A stretch of DNA of 64,000 nt, taken from the IMG/VR virus record IMGVR_UViG_3300028591_000158, positions 1 to 64,000 of that record; one strand, 5' to 3'. A model generated the notes under the pieces. It saw only the letters and a program-made list of their open reading frames with translations, searched no databases and was not told the origin of the DNA. The DNA comes from a virus (lineage: Duplodnaviria > Caudoviricetes). Position 1 is the first letter of the stretch. Each line of letters begins with the position of its first letter. The position numbers and the translations under genes are program-made. Positions 37,967-47,850 of this stretch are shown here, in pieces.

Positions 37967-38863
37967 GTGGTTTTACTAATGAAAATATTTAATGAAAATT
38001 TAGAAAGAATTACAATATTACATATGGCAGGTAAAACCACTATGCCTGAATTTAAAACAATTATTGAAGGTCAAAAAAAGAATTTAATAATTAAAGATGA
38101 TAGTATATCAATAATTATTATTGCAACTAAAAATTATATTAAAGATTCACCTGTCATTAATCAATTAAAATTTAATAATATTAGATATTATAATGGAGCA
38201 CAAGAGCTTGATGAAGAAGGTTGGAGTAATTCAATGAAAATTGATCTTATTTTAAATAATTTAAAAAAGATTAAAACTGAATATACTTTAATTCTTGATG
38301 CTCGTGATGTTCTTATATGTGATCATTTAAATAAAACTTTTATAAATAAATTTAAAAAGTTAAACACTAAAATTTTATTTAATGCTTCAAGTTCAAGATA
38401 TCCAAGTTGGATTAATATTAAAGCTGTTGATACAAAATATAAAAATAATTTACAAAGTAAGCCGTTTTTAAATGCAGGTGTTTGTTTTGGTGAAACAAAA
38501 GCACTACATGCTATGTATCAAGCTGCAAGTGAGATTAGTAAAAAATATAGCCAGTTAAATAAATCTGAGCAATTCATATTAAAGCTTGCAATATCTGCTA
38601 ATAATTTAACTTCTGTGGTAAGTCTAGATAATGAAGATAAATTATTTAAGTGTGTGCATCAATCAATAGATAAGCCTGATTTTTTAGTAATTAGAGAGTC
38701 CGGTAATTATGTTATTAAAAATATTAGAAATTATCAGTATAAGACTTCTAGATATAAGAAAAAAATAAAATTAAAAATAGAAAAAGCAAAATTAATTTTA
38801 TATCCTAATAGTAAAGGTCATGAGGAAGAGGTTAAAACCTTTATTGACAAAATAAGAAAGTAG
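37967..38863 (+). CDS. PLOD-type (procollagen-lysine GT domain-like) glycosyltransferase
   Basis: LILDARDVLI...FINKFKKLNTKILFNA...YP...PFLNAGVCFG...SEQ matches the PLOD/LH3 GT-domain pattern. Confidence 0.7.
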   Translation: MVLLMKIFNENLERITILHMAGKTTMPEFKTIIEGQKKNLIIKDDSISIIIIATKNYIKDSPVINQLKFNNIRYYNGAQELDEEGWSNSMKIDLILNNLKKIKTEYTLILDARDVLICDHLNKTFINKFKKLNTKILFNASSSRYPSWINIKAVDTKYKNNLQSKPFLNAGVCFGETKALHAMYQAASEISKKYSQLNKSEQFILKLAISANNLTSVVSLDNEDKLFKCVHQSIDKPDFLVIRESGNYVIKNIRNYQYKTSRYKKKIKLKIEKAKLILYPNSKGHEEEVKTFIDKIRK

Positions 38864-38873
38864 GTAAATTTAT

Positions 38874-39674
38874 ATGTTTCATAAGCATCCAATAAGAAAA
38901 TTTTTTAGACATTTATTTAGAACAGCTTGGTGGCAACCAAATAGGCAATCAAGAAAAATGTTAAAAGAAGAAGCAAAAAAATTAATTGGCTATGATAGAT
39001 CCATAAATGAAACTTGGGCTAAGTCTTGGAAATATTTTATTAAAAGACAATATCCATGGCAAGGAATTATAGAATTAAATCAGTATAAATTAATTGAAAT
39101 GCGTGATTATATGCAAAATCATAGCTGGGCAGAGAAAGAATATCTTAATAACCAAATTAAGGAAATGACTGAAGCAATTGATTTAGGTAACAAAATTTTA
39201 AAAGATGATTATGAAAAAGCTCCTTTTGACTGAAGTCGTGAAAATTCAGTTAATATTACTTATGTTTATCAAAAATTAGGTTATCAAACACTAGATGCAG
39301 AACAATTGTCTGCTGATGGACCAATGTCAAAAATAAAAATAGCTAAGCAAGGTAAACTACTAGCTACTTTATATAATCAAGATCTTTTTAATGAAATTAT
39401 AGGTGATTTTAGAGATGAAGAATTATCTATAGCCAAAAAAGAATTTTTAAAGGATAAGGAAACAAAATCAGTTGAACAATGGCTAAAAGACAATAACTTA
39501 ACTAGAAAAGATATTACCTGTGCTTATAGTCATGTTTGGATAAATGATAAATCTGATGACGAAAACACAACATATCTTTCAAAATTATTAGAGGAAGCTA
39601 AACAAGCTAGACAAGCTGATATAGATAAATATTTTGAACATATTGCAAAGCATGCTGATAGCTGGGGTGACTAA
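38874..39674 (+). CDS. Hypothetical protein, 266 aa (joins 38874 and 39306 through TGA 39231)
   Basis: Frame open across the TGA; C-terminal DSWGD-type ending common in phage proteins. Confidence 0.65.
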
Positions 39675-39751
39675 TTAAAATAGCTATATTTTGTAGCTAT
39701 TTTTTTTATTTGCTAAATTATTTATATTAAAGTAGGAGGTAAATAAGTTTT

Positions 39752-40279
39752 ATGGAACAATTAAAACCTAGATATGAACATACTAAATTTGGTAATTTTA
39801 TGTTTAAGCTATGTGCAAAGTGATCTCAATTTGTAATTAAACATAGATGGTTATATTATTTAGTCTTATTTACTTGAGGTTTACCTATTGTATTATTTGG
39901 TTTATTAGTATCATTTGGACTTCTTATTGCCAAAATATTTAATCATAAAATAAAATTTTTTAAATTTGGCTGGATCTATGGAATTAAAATAGGTGCTGAT
40001 TACTGAGGCGGATTTAGCGCGGGCATTACATTTTTAAGAGATCAGAAGTCCAATGATAGATTAAGTATGCATGAATTTGGTCATACTTTCCAATTAATTT
40101 TAGGTATATTTGCTTTATTTTTAATATATATACCATCAATATATAGATATTGAATAAGAACTATTAAACCAAATAAAAAATTCAAACCATATGACAGTTT
40201 CTGGGGAGAGGACTCAGCTTCTGTGTGTGGTGAATTTGCAGCCAAGTATATTAATAATAAAAAATTAAAAAATAGTTAG
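39752..40279 (+). CDS. Membrane protein with HExGH zinc-metallopeptidase-like motif, 175 aa, four TGA
   Basis: AGGAGG RBS; hydrophobic helices; MHEFGHTFQ; missed entirely by the ORF track. Confidence 0.65.
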
Positions 40280-40345
40280 TAAATTTGCTAAATTAAATAG
40301 TTTGGCAAATGACAAATAAAAATTTTAAAGTTAGGAGACTATCCA

Positions 40346-40909
40346 ATGGAATGGTATCAATGGGTTATGATGTTTGGTGGTACAGCTTTGGTTGGCCTTA
40401 TTATTGCAGATATTTATATCTTTTTTAAATCGAGAAGCAAAAAAGCTATTGAAAAACACAGACATGCAAAAGAACAAGATGAGCGTGCACTAATTGCTGA
40501 TGTTGTTAAAGAAGTAATGGCACCTTCATGTTCTAATTTAGAGTCAATTAAAACTGAAGTAATTAATGTTAAAACTGATTTAGAAGAATTAAAACCTATT
40601 AAAGCTGATGTTCTTGCTGTTAAAACTGAAATCTTGGCAGTTAAAAAAGAAGTTACTACAATTAAAAAAGAAGATATTAAATTATTGGCTGCTGCTAATA
40701 GAGACAGTTTAAGAAATCAATTATTAACTGTATTTAGAGAATGCCAAGCAAAAGGTTATAAGACTACTGAAGATATAAGAAATTTTGAATACATGTTTGA
40801 TTCTTATAAAGCATTAGGTGGAAATAGCTTTATGATAGATATTGCAAAACAAATGGAACATATACCTCCAAAAGTTGAAGGTATTACAATTATTACAGAT
40901 AAAGAATAA
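40346..40909 (+). CDS. Holin-associated membrane-anchored coiled-coil protein
   Basis: N-terminal TM helix, coiled coil, RDSLRNQLL..YKALGGNS motif typical of phage lysis-region proteins. Confidence 0.5.
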   Translation: MEWYQWVMMFGGTALVGLIIADIYIFFKSRSKKAIEKHRHAKEQDERALIADVVKEVMAPSCSNLESIKTEVINVKTDLEELKPIKADVLAVKTEILAVKKEVTTIKKEDIKLLAAANRDSLRNQLLTVFRECQAKGYKTTEDIRNFEYMFDSYKALGGNSFMIDIAKQMEHIPPKVEGITIITDKE

Positions 40910-40926
40910 GAAAGGATATATAAATT

Positions 40927-41268
40927 ATGGATTGGATTACAAATGGTACAGCTATAATATCATTAATTACTGGTTTAATTGGATTAATTACAGCAGGTGT
41001 TACTGCATTTATTGCAATTAAAAAAGTTATTAAAGCTAATAAAGGAAAATCATTAAAAGAAATTTGAGCTTTAATTATGAAAATTGCAGATGCTGCTATG
41101 GTTGAAGCTGAGAAATCTCAATTAAGTGGTAAAGGTAAAAAAGAAATGGTTATGGCAGCAGTTGATGCTGGTGCTAAAGAAGCTGGAATTGAAATAACAC
41201 CATTCTTAGACCAATTATCTGCTTATATTGATCAGTCAATTAAGTTTGTAAATGATATGAATAAGTAG
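40927..41268 (+). CDS. Holin-like protein (LL-H-like), 113 aa, one TGA
   Basis: N-terminal TM helix, then IADAAMVEAEKSQLSGKGKKEMV...YIDQSIKFVN; TGA at 41065. Confidence 0.6.
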
Positions 41269-41346
41269 TTTTTAAAAAGTCATCTTTTGGTGACTTTTTT
41301 ATTTTACCCCTAGTTTTCTGCTAAATTATATAGCAAAATAAAAATC

Positions 41347-41826
41347 ATGGAGGCTTTAGCTATGCGTGACATGTTTTATAATTATGATAATAATATTCCA
41401 AATAACTCATGTAATAACTATCCTGACATTTATAAATATAAAAAGGCACCAAAGACTTTCAATACATTCCACGGTGCTAAAATGTTAAGAGACAAAGCAG
41501 GTAAATTTTTAGGTATTGAAGCCACAAGAAATTCTACTGTTAGATTGTTTTTTTCATTTGAAGGACTTTCTGACCCAGAAGAAGTTCAAAATTTACTAGA
41601 AAATAATTTAGTTCGTTTTGATGTTTTAGATACAAATCACAATATATTACTTGAATGTGATGTTGAAGTTTTTTCACTTTATGATATGGTTAGTATAGAG
41701 CTAATATTAAGTGAAGAAAGTAAATTGGTTGGTGGTAATGTATATAAAATGCATTTATATACAATTATAGATGGTGTAACTTATGACTTATTTTCTGAAA
41801 ACGATGGATTATTATATGTAAAGTAA
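41347..41826 (+). CDS. Hypothetical virion/baseplate-like protein
   Basis: GCTAAATTA motif upstream; beta-rich; co-transcribed with three similar genes. Confidence 0.45.
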   Translation: MEALAMRDMFYNYDNNIPNNSCNNYPDIYKYKKAPKTFNTFHGAKMLRDKAGKFLGIEATRNSTVRLFFSFEGLSDPEEVQNLLENNLVRFDVLDTNHNILLECDVEVFSLYDMVSIELILSEESKLVGGNVYKMHLYTIIDGVTYDLFSENDGLLYVK

Positions 41827-41839
41827 GGAGAATAAGCAA

Positions 41840-42334
41840 ATGAGAAATTTTAAAATAATTACAACTTTAAATATCGTTCCAACTAAAAAATTAACTAAAT
41901 ATTGGTATAAAGTTACTAGAGGTACTAGTACTAATTTTATGTTTGATTTAGTTGATAGAGCTTATAATTTCGAAGATATAGTACAATTATCTTATAGATT
42001 TGTTAGTAAAACTGGACAAATGATTCATTATGATATGTATATTTATAATTATTTAAAAGATGGTACTATTGAAGCTATCTTTAATGATGAATATTTTGAG
42101 CATGTTAAAGGTTATTCTACTGATTTAGAGCAAGAAATACCTTATGAGTATGTTAATTTAAAGCTAACAGGTAATGATACTAATGAATTCTGGCTTGCTA
42201 ATAAAGATAATCCATTAAACTTTGAAGTAGCTGTTACTATAAATAATAATGTAAATAAAGATACTGAAAATAACTATACATATATTGAAAAACAATTGCC
42301 AGTTATTGTATTAGATAGCAGAGGAGTGAATTAG
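41840..42334 (+). CDS. Baseplate upper protein (BppU-N-like) domain protein
   Basis: VTRGTSTNFMF...LTGNDT..F...FEVAV pattern; by-eye similarity only. Confidence 0.4.
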   Translation: MRNFKIITTLNIVPTKKLTKYWYKVTRGTSTNFMFDLVDRAYNFEDIVQLSYRFVSKTGQMIHYDMYIYNYLKDGTIEAIFNDEYFEHVKGYSTDLEQEIPYEYVNLKLTGNDTNEFWLANKDNPLNFEVAVTINNNVNKDTENNYTYIEKQLPVIVLDSRGVN

Positions 42335-42335
42335 T

Positions 42336-42686
42336 ATGTCAAAAATAATAAGACTTTATAGAGGTGATACTTTTAATTTTGTTTTAAATATTGATGATGA
42401 AAGTACTCTTGAACATTATTATGTTTTAAGAAAAAATGATTTAGTTTATTTAGGTGTCACACTTCCTCATCAACCATTTGAAGATGCTATCATTAAAAAA
42501 GTATTAACAGCTGCAGATTGTGATTCTTCTGGAAATATCATAGTTACTTTTGAACCAAAAGATACAGTAAATATTATGCCAGGTGTTTACTATTACTCTG
42601 TTAAATTAAGAAAATCAATTGATGACAAGCGTAAAGAAGAAGTAATAACAGTAATACCAAAAACAAAATTTGTTATACTTGATTAA
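42336..42686 (+). CDS. BppU-N-like virion protein
   Basis: IRLYRGDTF...IVTFEPKDT..MPGVYYYSVKL pattern. Confidence 0.55.
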   Translation: MSKIIRLYRGDTFNFVLNIDDESTLEHYYVLRKNDLVYLGVTLPHQPFEDAIIKKVLTAADCDSSGNIIVTFEPKDTVNIMPGVYYYSVKLRKSIDDKRKEEVITVIPKTKFVILD

Positions 42687-42705
42687 TTAGAGAGGTATAG
42701 GTAGA

Positions 42706-43317
42706 ATGTCAAGAATTATATTCTCAAAAAAATCACTTACAAGCTCAATTGAAGGTGATATCAAAGTAAATAGTAAAGCTACTGCAGATACATATAGTCT
42801 TACTACTATTGATCATGATAAACTTAAAAACAGAGACTTAGCAGACCAACACCCAATTAGTGCAATTACTGGTTTAAATACTATCATAACTCAACTTGAA
42901 TCTGGTGTTGAAGAGGCAACAAACAAAGCAACTATTGCTGAAAGTCAAGCTACAATTGCAATTACAAAAGCAGAAGAAGCTCTTACAAATCATTTATATG
43001 AATATTTAGTATACTTTAATTTCAATAAGTCAGGTACAGGAGCTGCTTATTACTCAGTATACTTCACTTTAAAATCAACTATAGAATATGATCCACAGGA
43101 AATTGACTTTGCTATATTAAGAAATATGATTATCGCTAATGGTGATCATGTACAATGTTCTTGTCAAACAGCAGGACCATTAGATATGAATATTATATCA
43201 ACAAGCACTAATGCCGGTGATGATACAATTATGGTTGATTGTAAGTCTGGTGATTTCTATGAATTCTATAGCTTCAGTGATCTAGAAGATTATAGTATTA
43301 CAAAATTAAATTATTAA
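42706..43317 (+). CDS. Tail-fibre-associated protein
   Basis: HDKLKNRDLADQHPISAITGL motif, widespread in tail proteins. Confidence 0.55.
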   Translation: MSRIIFSKKSLTSSIEGDIKVNSKATADTYSLTTIDHDKLKNRDLADQHPISAITGLNTIITQLESGVEEATNKATIAESQATIAITKAEEALTNHLYEYLVYFNFNKSGTGAAYYSVYFTLKSTIEYDPQEIDFAILRNMIIANGDHVQCSCQTAGPLDMNIISTSTNAGDDTIMVDCKSGDFYEFYSFSDLEDYSITKLNY

Positions 43318-43388
43318 TAAAGTGGTTTAAATAGCCACTTTTTCTTTTACTTAAATTGTATATATTAATGATATTTGGAGGTATTTAT

Positions 43389-43736
43389 ATGACAAGTCAA
43401 GAATTTGATAAAATAGTTAATGAAACATTAGAAAATATTAAGAGTACTTTACAACGTAAATCTAAAGAATATAACTTAGATGAAGATCGTTTAAGTGTAT
43501 TTAAGAGAGCTGCATCAATTCAGCATCAAACACCTTCACAAGCATTACTTGGTATGCTTACTAAACATATTATATCAATATATGATTATGTAGAAACTGA
43601 TGCTTATTTTTCAAATGAATTAGCAGCAGAGAAAATAAATGATGCTATCAATTATTTATTGTTATTATATGCATTAAATAAAGAGTATAATGATTATAGA
43701 TTGAGTCTTAATGCAGCTCAATCAAATAAAGAATAG
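43389..43736 (+). CDS. All-helical nucleotide-modification-associated protein (DUF1599/Nmad1-like)
   Basis: RKSKEY...GMLTKH...EKINDAINYLLLL; GGAGG RBS before ATG 43389; directly upstream of DHFR and thyA-like genes. Confidence 0.45.
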   Translation: MTSQEFDKIVNETLENIKSTLQRKSKEYNLDEDRLSVFKRAASIQHQTPSQALLGMLTKHIISIYDYVETDAYFSNELAAEKINDAINYLLLLYALNKEYNDYRLSLNAAQSNKE

Positions 43737-43754
43737 TTAAGGAAGTATTATTAA

Positions 43755-44282
43755 ATGATTAATGGTATTGTATGTGTAGATAAAAATTTTGCAATTGGTA
43801 AAAATAATGCTGAAGGTAAACCTCAATTATTATTTAATATTTCTGCTGATATGGCTTATTTTAAAGAGAAAACATTACATAATATAGTTGTAATGGGTTA
43901 TACAACTTATTTATCCTTACCAAAAAAGCCTTTATCTGATAGAGTTAACCTAGTTTTATGAGATAAAGCAACATCGCCAGATTGTTTAAAAGGCTGTATT
44001 ACATTTAATAATTTTGATGTATTATTAAAATTTGTTAAAGAGCTAAGCAAAATATACGAAGTATTTGTTATTGGTGGTGCTTCTGTTTATAATTTATTTA
44101 TGCCTTATTATGATAGATTATTTATAACAAAAGTAGCTGCAGAAGATAAAGAAGCAACAGCTTTTTTTCCTAATATAGATAAAGATACTAATTTTGAACT
44201 TGTAAGCAAAATGAACTATGCACCTAAAAATGAGTATCCATTATCATTTACAATTTATTCAAGAATAAAGGAGAATAAATAA
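43755..44282 (+). CDS. folA: Dihydrofolate reductase, 175 aa (joins 43755 and 44100 through TGA 43959)
   Basis: AIG, ADMAYFKEKT, VVMGYTTYLSLPKKPLSDRVNLVL, VIGGASVY, LFITKV, AFFP. Confidence 0.92.
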
Positions 44283-45121
44283 TGTCAGTAGCAGATAAGT
44301 ATTTTAAAGATGCAGTTAATAAGATTTTAACTAAAGGCGTTTCAGATGAAGCTTTTGAAGTCAGACCTAAGTGGCCTGATGGAACTCCAGCTCATACAAG
44401 AAAGATTCATTGTTATATTGCAAGATATAACTTAGCTGAAGAATTTCCAATTTTAACTCTTAGAACTCAAGCCTTTAAATCTTGTGTTAAAGAGATACTT
44501 TGGATGTGGCAAAAGAAGTCAAATAAAGTATCTGAATTAGGTGCTCATTTCTGGGATGCCTGGGAATTAGAGGATGGAACTATTGGTAAGTCTTATGGCT
44601 ATCAAGTAGGTCGTAAATTTCACTTTAAAGAAGGTTTTATGGATCAAGTAGACTTATTACTATATAAGTTAAAAAACAATCCTATGGACCGAAGAATGAT
44701 AGTTACGCTTTGGGATAACGAAGACTTAAAAGATATGGCGTTGGCTCCATGCGTATTTCAATCAATTTGGGATGTTGCTGACGGTAAATTAAATATGACT
44801 TTGATACAAAGGTCAGGAGATGTTCTTGCTGCCGCAGCCCCAGGAGGTTTTGATGTGGTTGAATATGCAATTTTACAGCACATGATTGCCCAAGTATCTG
44901 GTCTACAGGTAGGGGAGTTAGTACACATTGTCACAAATTTACATATTTACGATCGACATGAAAAGTTAGTTAAGGAAGTACTTGAAAATCCTGAATATCC
45001 AGCACCAAAGTTCTGGATTAATCCTGAAGTTAAGAATTTCTATAACTTTAAACCTGAAGACTTTAAATTAATTGATTATAAATCGACTAAGGCAAGCAGT
45101 TCATTCGAGGTTGCAGAATAA
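44282..45121 (+). CDS. Thymidylate-synthase-fold enzyme; probable dCMP methylase/hydroxymethylase (Asp at the Asn specificity position)
   Basis: FPILTLR, LAPCV, QRSGD, NLHIYDRH; FDVVEY where ThyA has FN/WNVVQY. Confidence 0.75.
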   Translation: MSVADKYFKDAVNKILTKGVSDEAFEVRPKWPDGTPAHTRKIHCYIARYNLAEEFPILTLRTQAFKSCVKEILWMWQKKSNKVSELGAHFWDAWELEDGTIGKSYGYQVGRKFHFKEGFMDQVDLLLYKLKNNPMDRRMIVTLWDNEDLKDMALAPCVFQSIWDVADGKLNMTLIQRSGDVLAAAAPGGFDVVEYAILQHMIAQVSGLQVGELVHIVTNLHIYDRHEKLVKEVLENPEYPAPKFWINPEVKNFYNFKPEDFKLIDYKSTKASSSFEVAE

Positions 45122-45438
45122 TGAAATTAGTTAGAGACAATATTCCAAGTATTATAAAGCAACAAGTAGGTAAATGTAACTATCATGCTTGTAAAAATAA
45201 TGAAGAGCTTTTAAATTATTTAAATAAAAAAGTTTTTGAAGAAGTTGATGAATTCTTAAAAGATCCATCAGTAGAAGAACTAATTGATATAATAACTGTT
45301 GCTATTGCTATTCTTAAAAATAAAAATGTATTAGATGATAGCTATTCATTAGATGATATATTTGTAATTTTAGAAAATAGCTATAACACAAAAGCAAGAG
45401 AACGTGGCGAATTTAAAAAAGGTTATATTTTAGAATAA
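45121..45438 (+). CDS. MazG/phosphoribosyl-ATP-pyrophosphohydrolase-like nucleotide pyrophosphatase
   Basis: KLVRDNIP, KVFEEVDEF, EELIDI, KARERGEF. Confidence 0.8.
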   Translation: MKLVRDNIPSIIKQQVGKCNYHACKNNEELLNYLNKKVFEEVDEFLKDPSVEELIDIITVAIAILKNKNVLDDSYSLDDIFVILENSYNTKARERGEFKKGYILE

Positions 45439-45444
45439 GAGAGG

Positions 45445-46443
45445 ATGATTGTATTGCAGTTTATAGATAGACTAGTAGAAAGCTATGAGAATAGCAATTA
45501 TACTAATGTATTAATTGAACAATTTGTTAAATTATATATTGAGCCTTGGAGATTTAATTATTTAGCTAAGTCTTGGAAATGCCCAAAAAGTGAAGTTAAT
45601 AGAGCTATTTTATCTGCAGAAGATTGGGAGAAAGAAAGACAACTATTTTTAGCAGCTGGAAAAAATATAGTAGTTAATAATACTGCTGAAGTTTGTGCAA
45701 CAGCTTATAATTATGGTAAAAGCTATTTAGTTTGGCTAGAATTTATAGCTCCTGATAATACAGTTCATAAAATTGATGCTTGGATACAAGAAACAGGTAA
45801 AAATGCCAATTTTGGTAAGCAAGGAAAAAATGCTGAAAAGTTTATTGATCCAAGAAGTCCTTTATGCCAAGATATATATGATTCAATAGTTAATAAAGGA
45901 TATATAGATCCTAACATTGCTAAGCTATTAAATAGTGTAGGTTCATTAACTTGGACTGGTAACAAAGAACAAAGAGTACAAAAGAAATTAAATAGTTTTA
46001 TTCAACAAAAATTATTTGAAAAAGCTGTTGATTATGCAATAAAAAATTGTAAAATAAATGTTGTTTTATTACAATTAGATAAGTTTGATGATTACTTATA
46101 TAAAGGTGATCCTGGAAAATTAGCTGATTATGATTTAAGAATAACTACAAGTACAGATATATTTAGTGCAAGAATAGATCTTAAACTGCTTGAAGATAAT
46201 GATACTGCAAAAAATCAAAATCCACATGATGCTGATTTATTAATTGTATCTAATTGGAGAGATGCAAAAGTTGGATTTTATAGAGTTACTGGAAACCCTG
46301 GAATTGAAAAAACAGAAGAGTTTCAAACAATCTTACAATTATTTAATGAGATGCTAATTAGTGCAGGCAAGTGTTTTATTCATATTTCAAAAATCGATGA
46401 AGAAACAGGCAAAGTTGATTTTAATATGTTTGGAAATATTTAA
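45445..46443 (+). CDS. Hypothetical protein, 332 aa
   Basis: Long open ORF with RBS; possible PD-(D/E)xK-like ADYDL..IDLK segment, weak. Confidence 0.55.
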   Translation: MIVLQFIDRLVESYENSNYTNVLIEQFVKLYIEPWRFNYLAKSWKCPKSEVNRAILSAEDWEKERQLFLAAGKNIVVNNTAEVCATAYNYGKSYLVWLEFIAPDNTVHKIDAWIQETGKNANFGKQGKNAEKFIDPRSPLCQDIYDSIVNKGYIDPNIAKLLNSVGSLTWTGNKEQRVQKKLNSFIQQKLFEKAVDYAIKNCKINVVLLQLDKFDDYLYKGDPGKLADYDLRITTSTDIFSARIDLKLLEDNDTAKNQNPHDADLLIVSNWRDAKVGFYRVTGNPGIEKTEEFQTILQLFNEMLISAGKCFIHISKIDEETGKVDFNMFGNI

Positions 46444-46520
46444 CCCAATTAAAAGTTGGGTTTTATTTTTAGCTATTTGCTAAATTAATTAGTATTTATA
46501 GTTTTAAAGGAGACTATTTT

Positions 46521-47135
46521 ATGGATAATAATAGATATTATAATAAATTAGATCTTACTTATGCTCTTGAACATAAAGAAGAATGTATGGAAAAAATAAG
46601 TAGCCAATTTGGCTATAATGGTGATATAACTACAGGTGGTTTTTACATAATGCCAGATGGCACTGCTATTAAATCTACTAATCATGCTGATATTGATAAA
46701 TATTTAATGAAACTTAAATATATACCAAAAGCAGATGTTGATTTTAGTGATGGTAGTCAATTCATGGAAGAGATAAACTGTTTACGATTAAGACGTAGAG
46801 GTGGAAAGGATGCTTGAATGCTTCCTTATGTATTATTACCAGAAAAACAATTAACACAAGCACAATATAATATTTTAACTAAGTGGTTAGACTTTGTATT
46901 AAATGCTAATGGTGAAATTAATGTTCAAGCTCAAAAAGCATTTTCTGGCGCTAATAAAATATTTAAAACATCACAAGGTATTTGAACTGATGATATTATT
47001 GATTCTATAAAAACATATTATAGAACTGATATTTTAGAAGGTGCTGAATATGATAATATATTTGATGATGAGATTGATCAAACAGACTATCAATTAAAAT
47101 ATGATATAGATAAAGGATTCTTTGATCAATTTTAG
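46521..47135 (+). CDS. Hypothetical protein, 204 aa, two TGA
   Basis: GCTAAATTA motif and AGGAG RBS upstream; frame open to TAG 47133 under code 4. Confidence 0.6.
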
Positions 47136-47149
47136 CGGTAAAAAAATTT

Positions 47150-47400
47150 GCTAAATTAAATGATAACAGTGCTGTTATAATTAAAAGATATTGTATAATA
47201 TAATATAAATATGAATGATAAAAAAAGAATGATAATTAATTAAAAGATATTTTATAAAAGATATGTAATAAACGATATTTATATAAATTAATAATTAATT
47301 ATCTTAACTAGATTGTCATTCATTAATTTGAGTGACAATTTTTGTTTTTATTGATTTATTCAGATAAAAAAATTGTATTTAAGTATGGAATATTATTTGA
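47150..47400. repeat. AT-rich intergenic region with short direct repeats (candidate origin)
   Basis: AAAAGATAT at 47183, 47242, 47256 and AAACGATAT at 47270; hairpin ATTGTCA..TGACAAT at about 47312-47339. Confidence 0.4.
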
Positions 47401-47418
47401 TAAGGAGATTTTTATTTA

Positions 47419-47829
47419 ATGAAGATTAAGTTGTTTAAAGAAATTACTTTACCACTTAAAAAACGTGATAGTGATGCAGGTTGGGATGTTTTTTTACCTG
47501 AGGATGTCACTTTTAAGGCACATTCACTTACAACTGTTGATTTAGGTTTTGGTGTAAAATTACCTAGTGGCTATGCAGGCTTATTTGCAATGAGAAGTTC
47601 TGTTTGTAAAACAGGTATGACTATTCAAATGCCGCTTATTGATGAAGGATATCTTGGAGAATTACATTTATTAGTACAAAATTCAACAGATACTGACTAT
47701 AGTTATAAGAAGGATGAAAGAGTTTGTTCTTTGTTTATTTTCCCAGTATTTAGAGATACATTAGAAGTAGTTGATGATTTAGGAACATCAGACAGAGGAA
47801 CTAATTGGTCAGGTAGCTCAGGTAAGTAG
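47419..47829 (+). CDS. dut: Trimeric dUTPase
   Basis: DAGWDV, RSS, LIDEGYLGE, DRG..SGSSG motifs. Confidence 0.88.
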   Translation: MKIKLFKEITLPLKKRDSDAGWDVFLPEDVTFKAHSLTTVDLGFGVKLPSGYAGLFAMRSSVCKTGMTIQMPLIDEGYLGELHLLVQNSTDTDYSYKKDERVCSLFIFPVFRDTLEVVDDLGTSDRGTNWSGSSGK

Positions 47830-47850
47830 TTTTTTAAGGGAGGTGAATCT

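Noticed and set aside
43356-43388. TTG starts given by the track at 43356 and 36280
   Set aside because: 43356 overlaps the TTGTATA promoter motif and 36280 overlaps the RBS; downstream ATGs (43389, 36298) have proper GGAGG spacing.
47150-47400. CRISPR array or tRNA in the AT-rich gap
   Set aside because: Repeats are only 9 nt and irregularly spaced; no cloverleaf or T-loop consensus.
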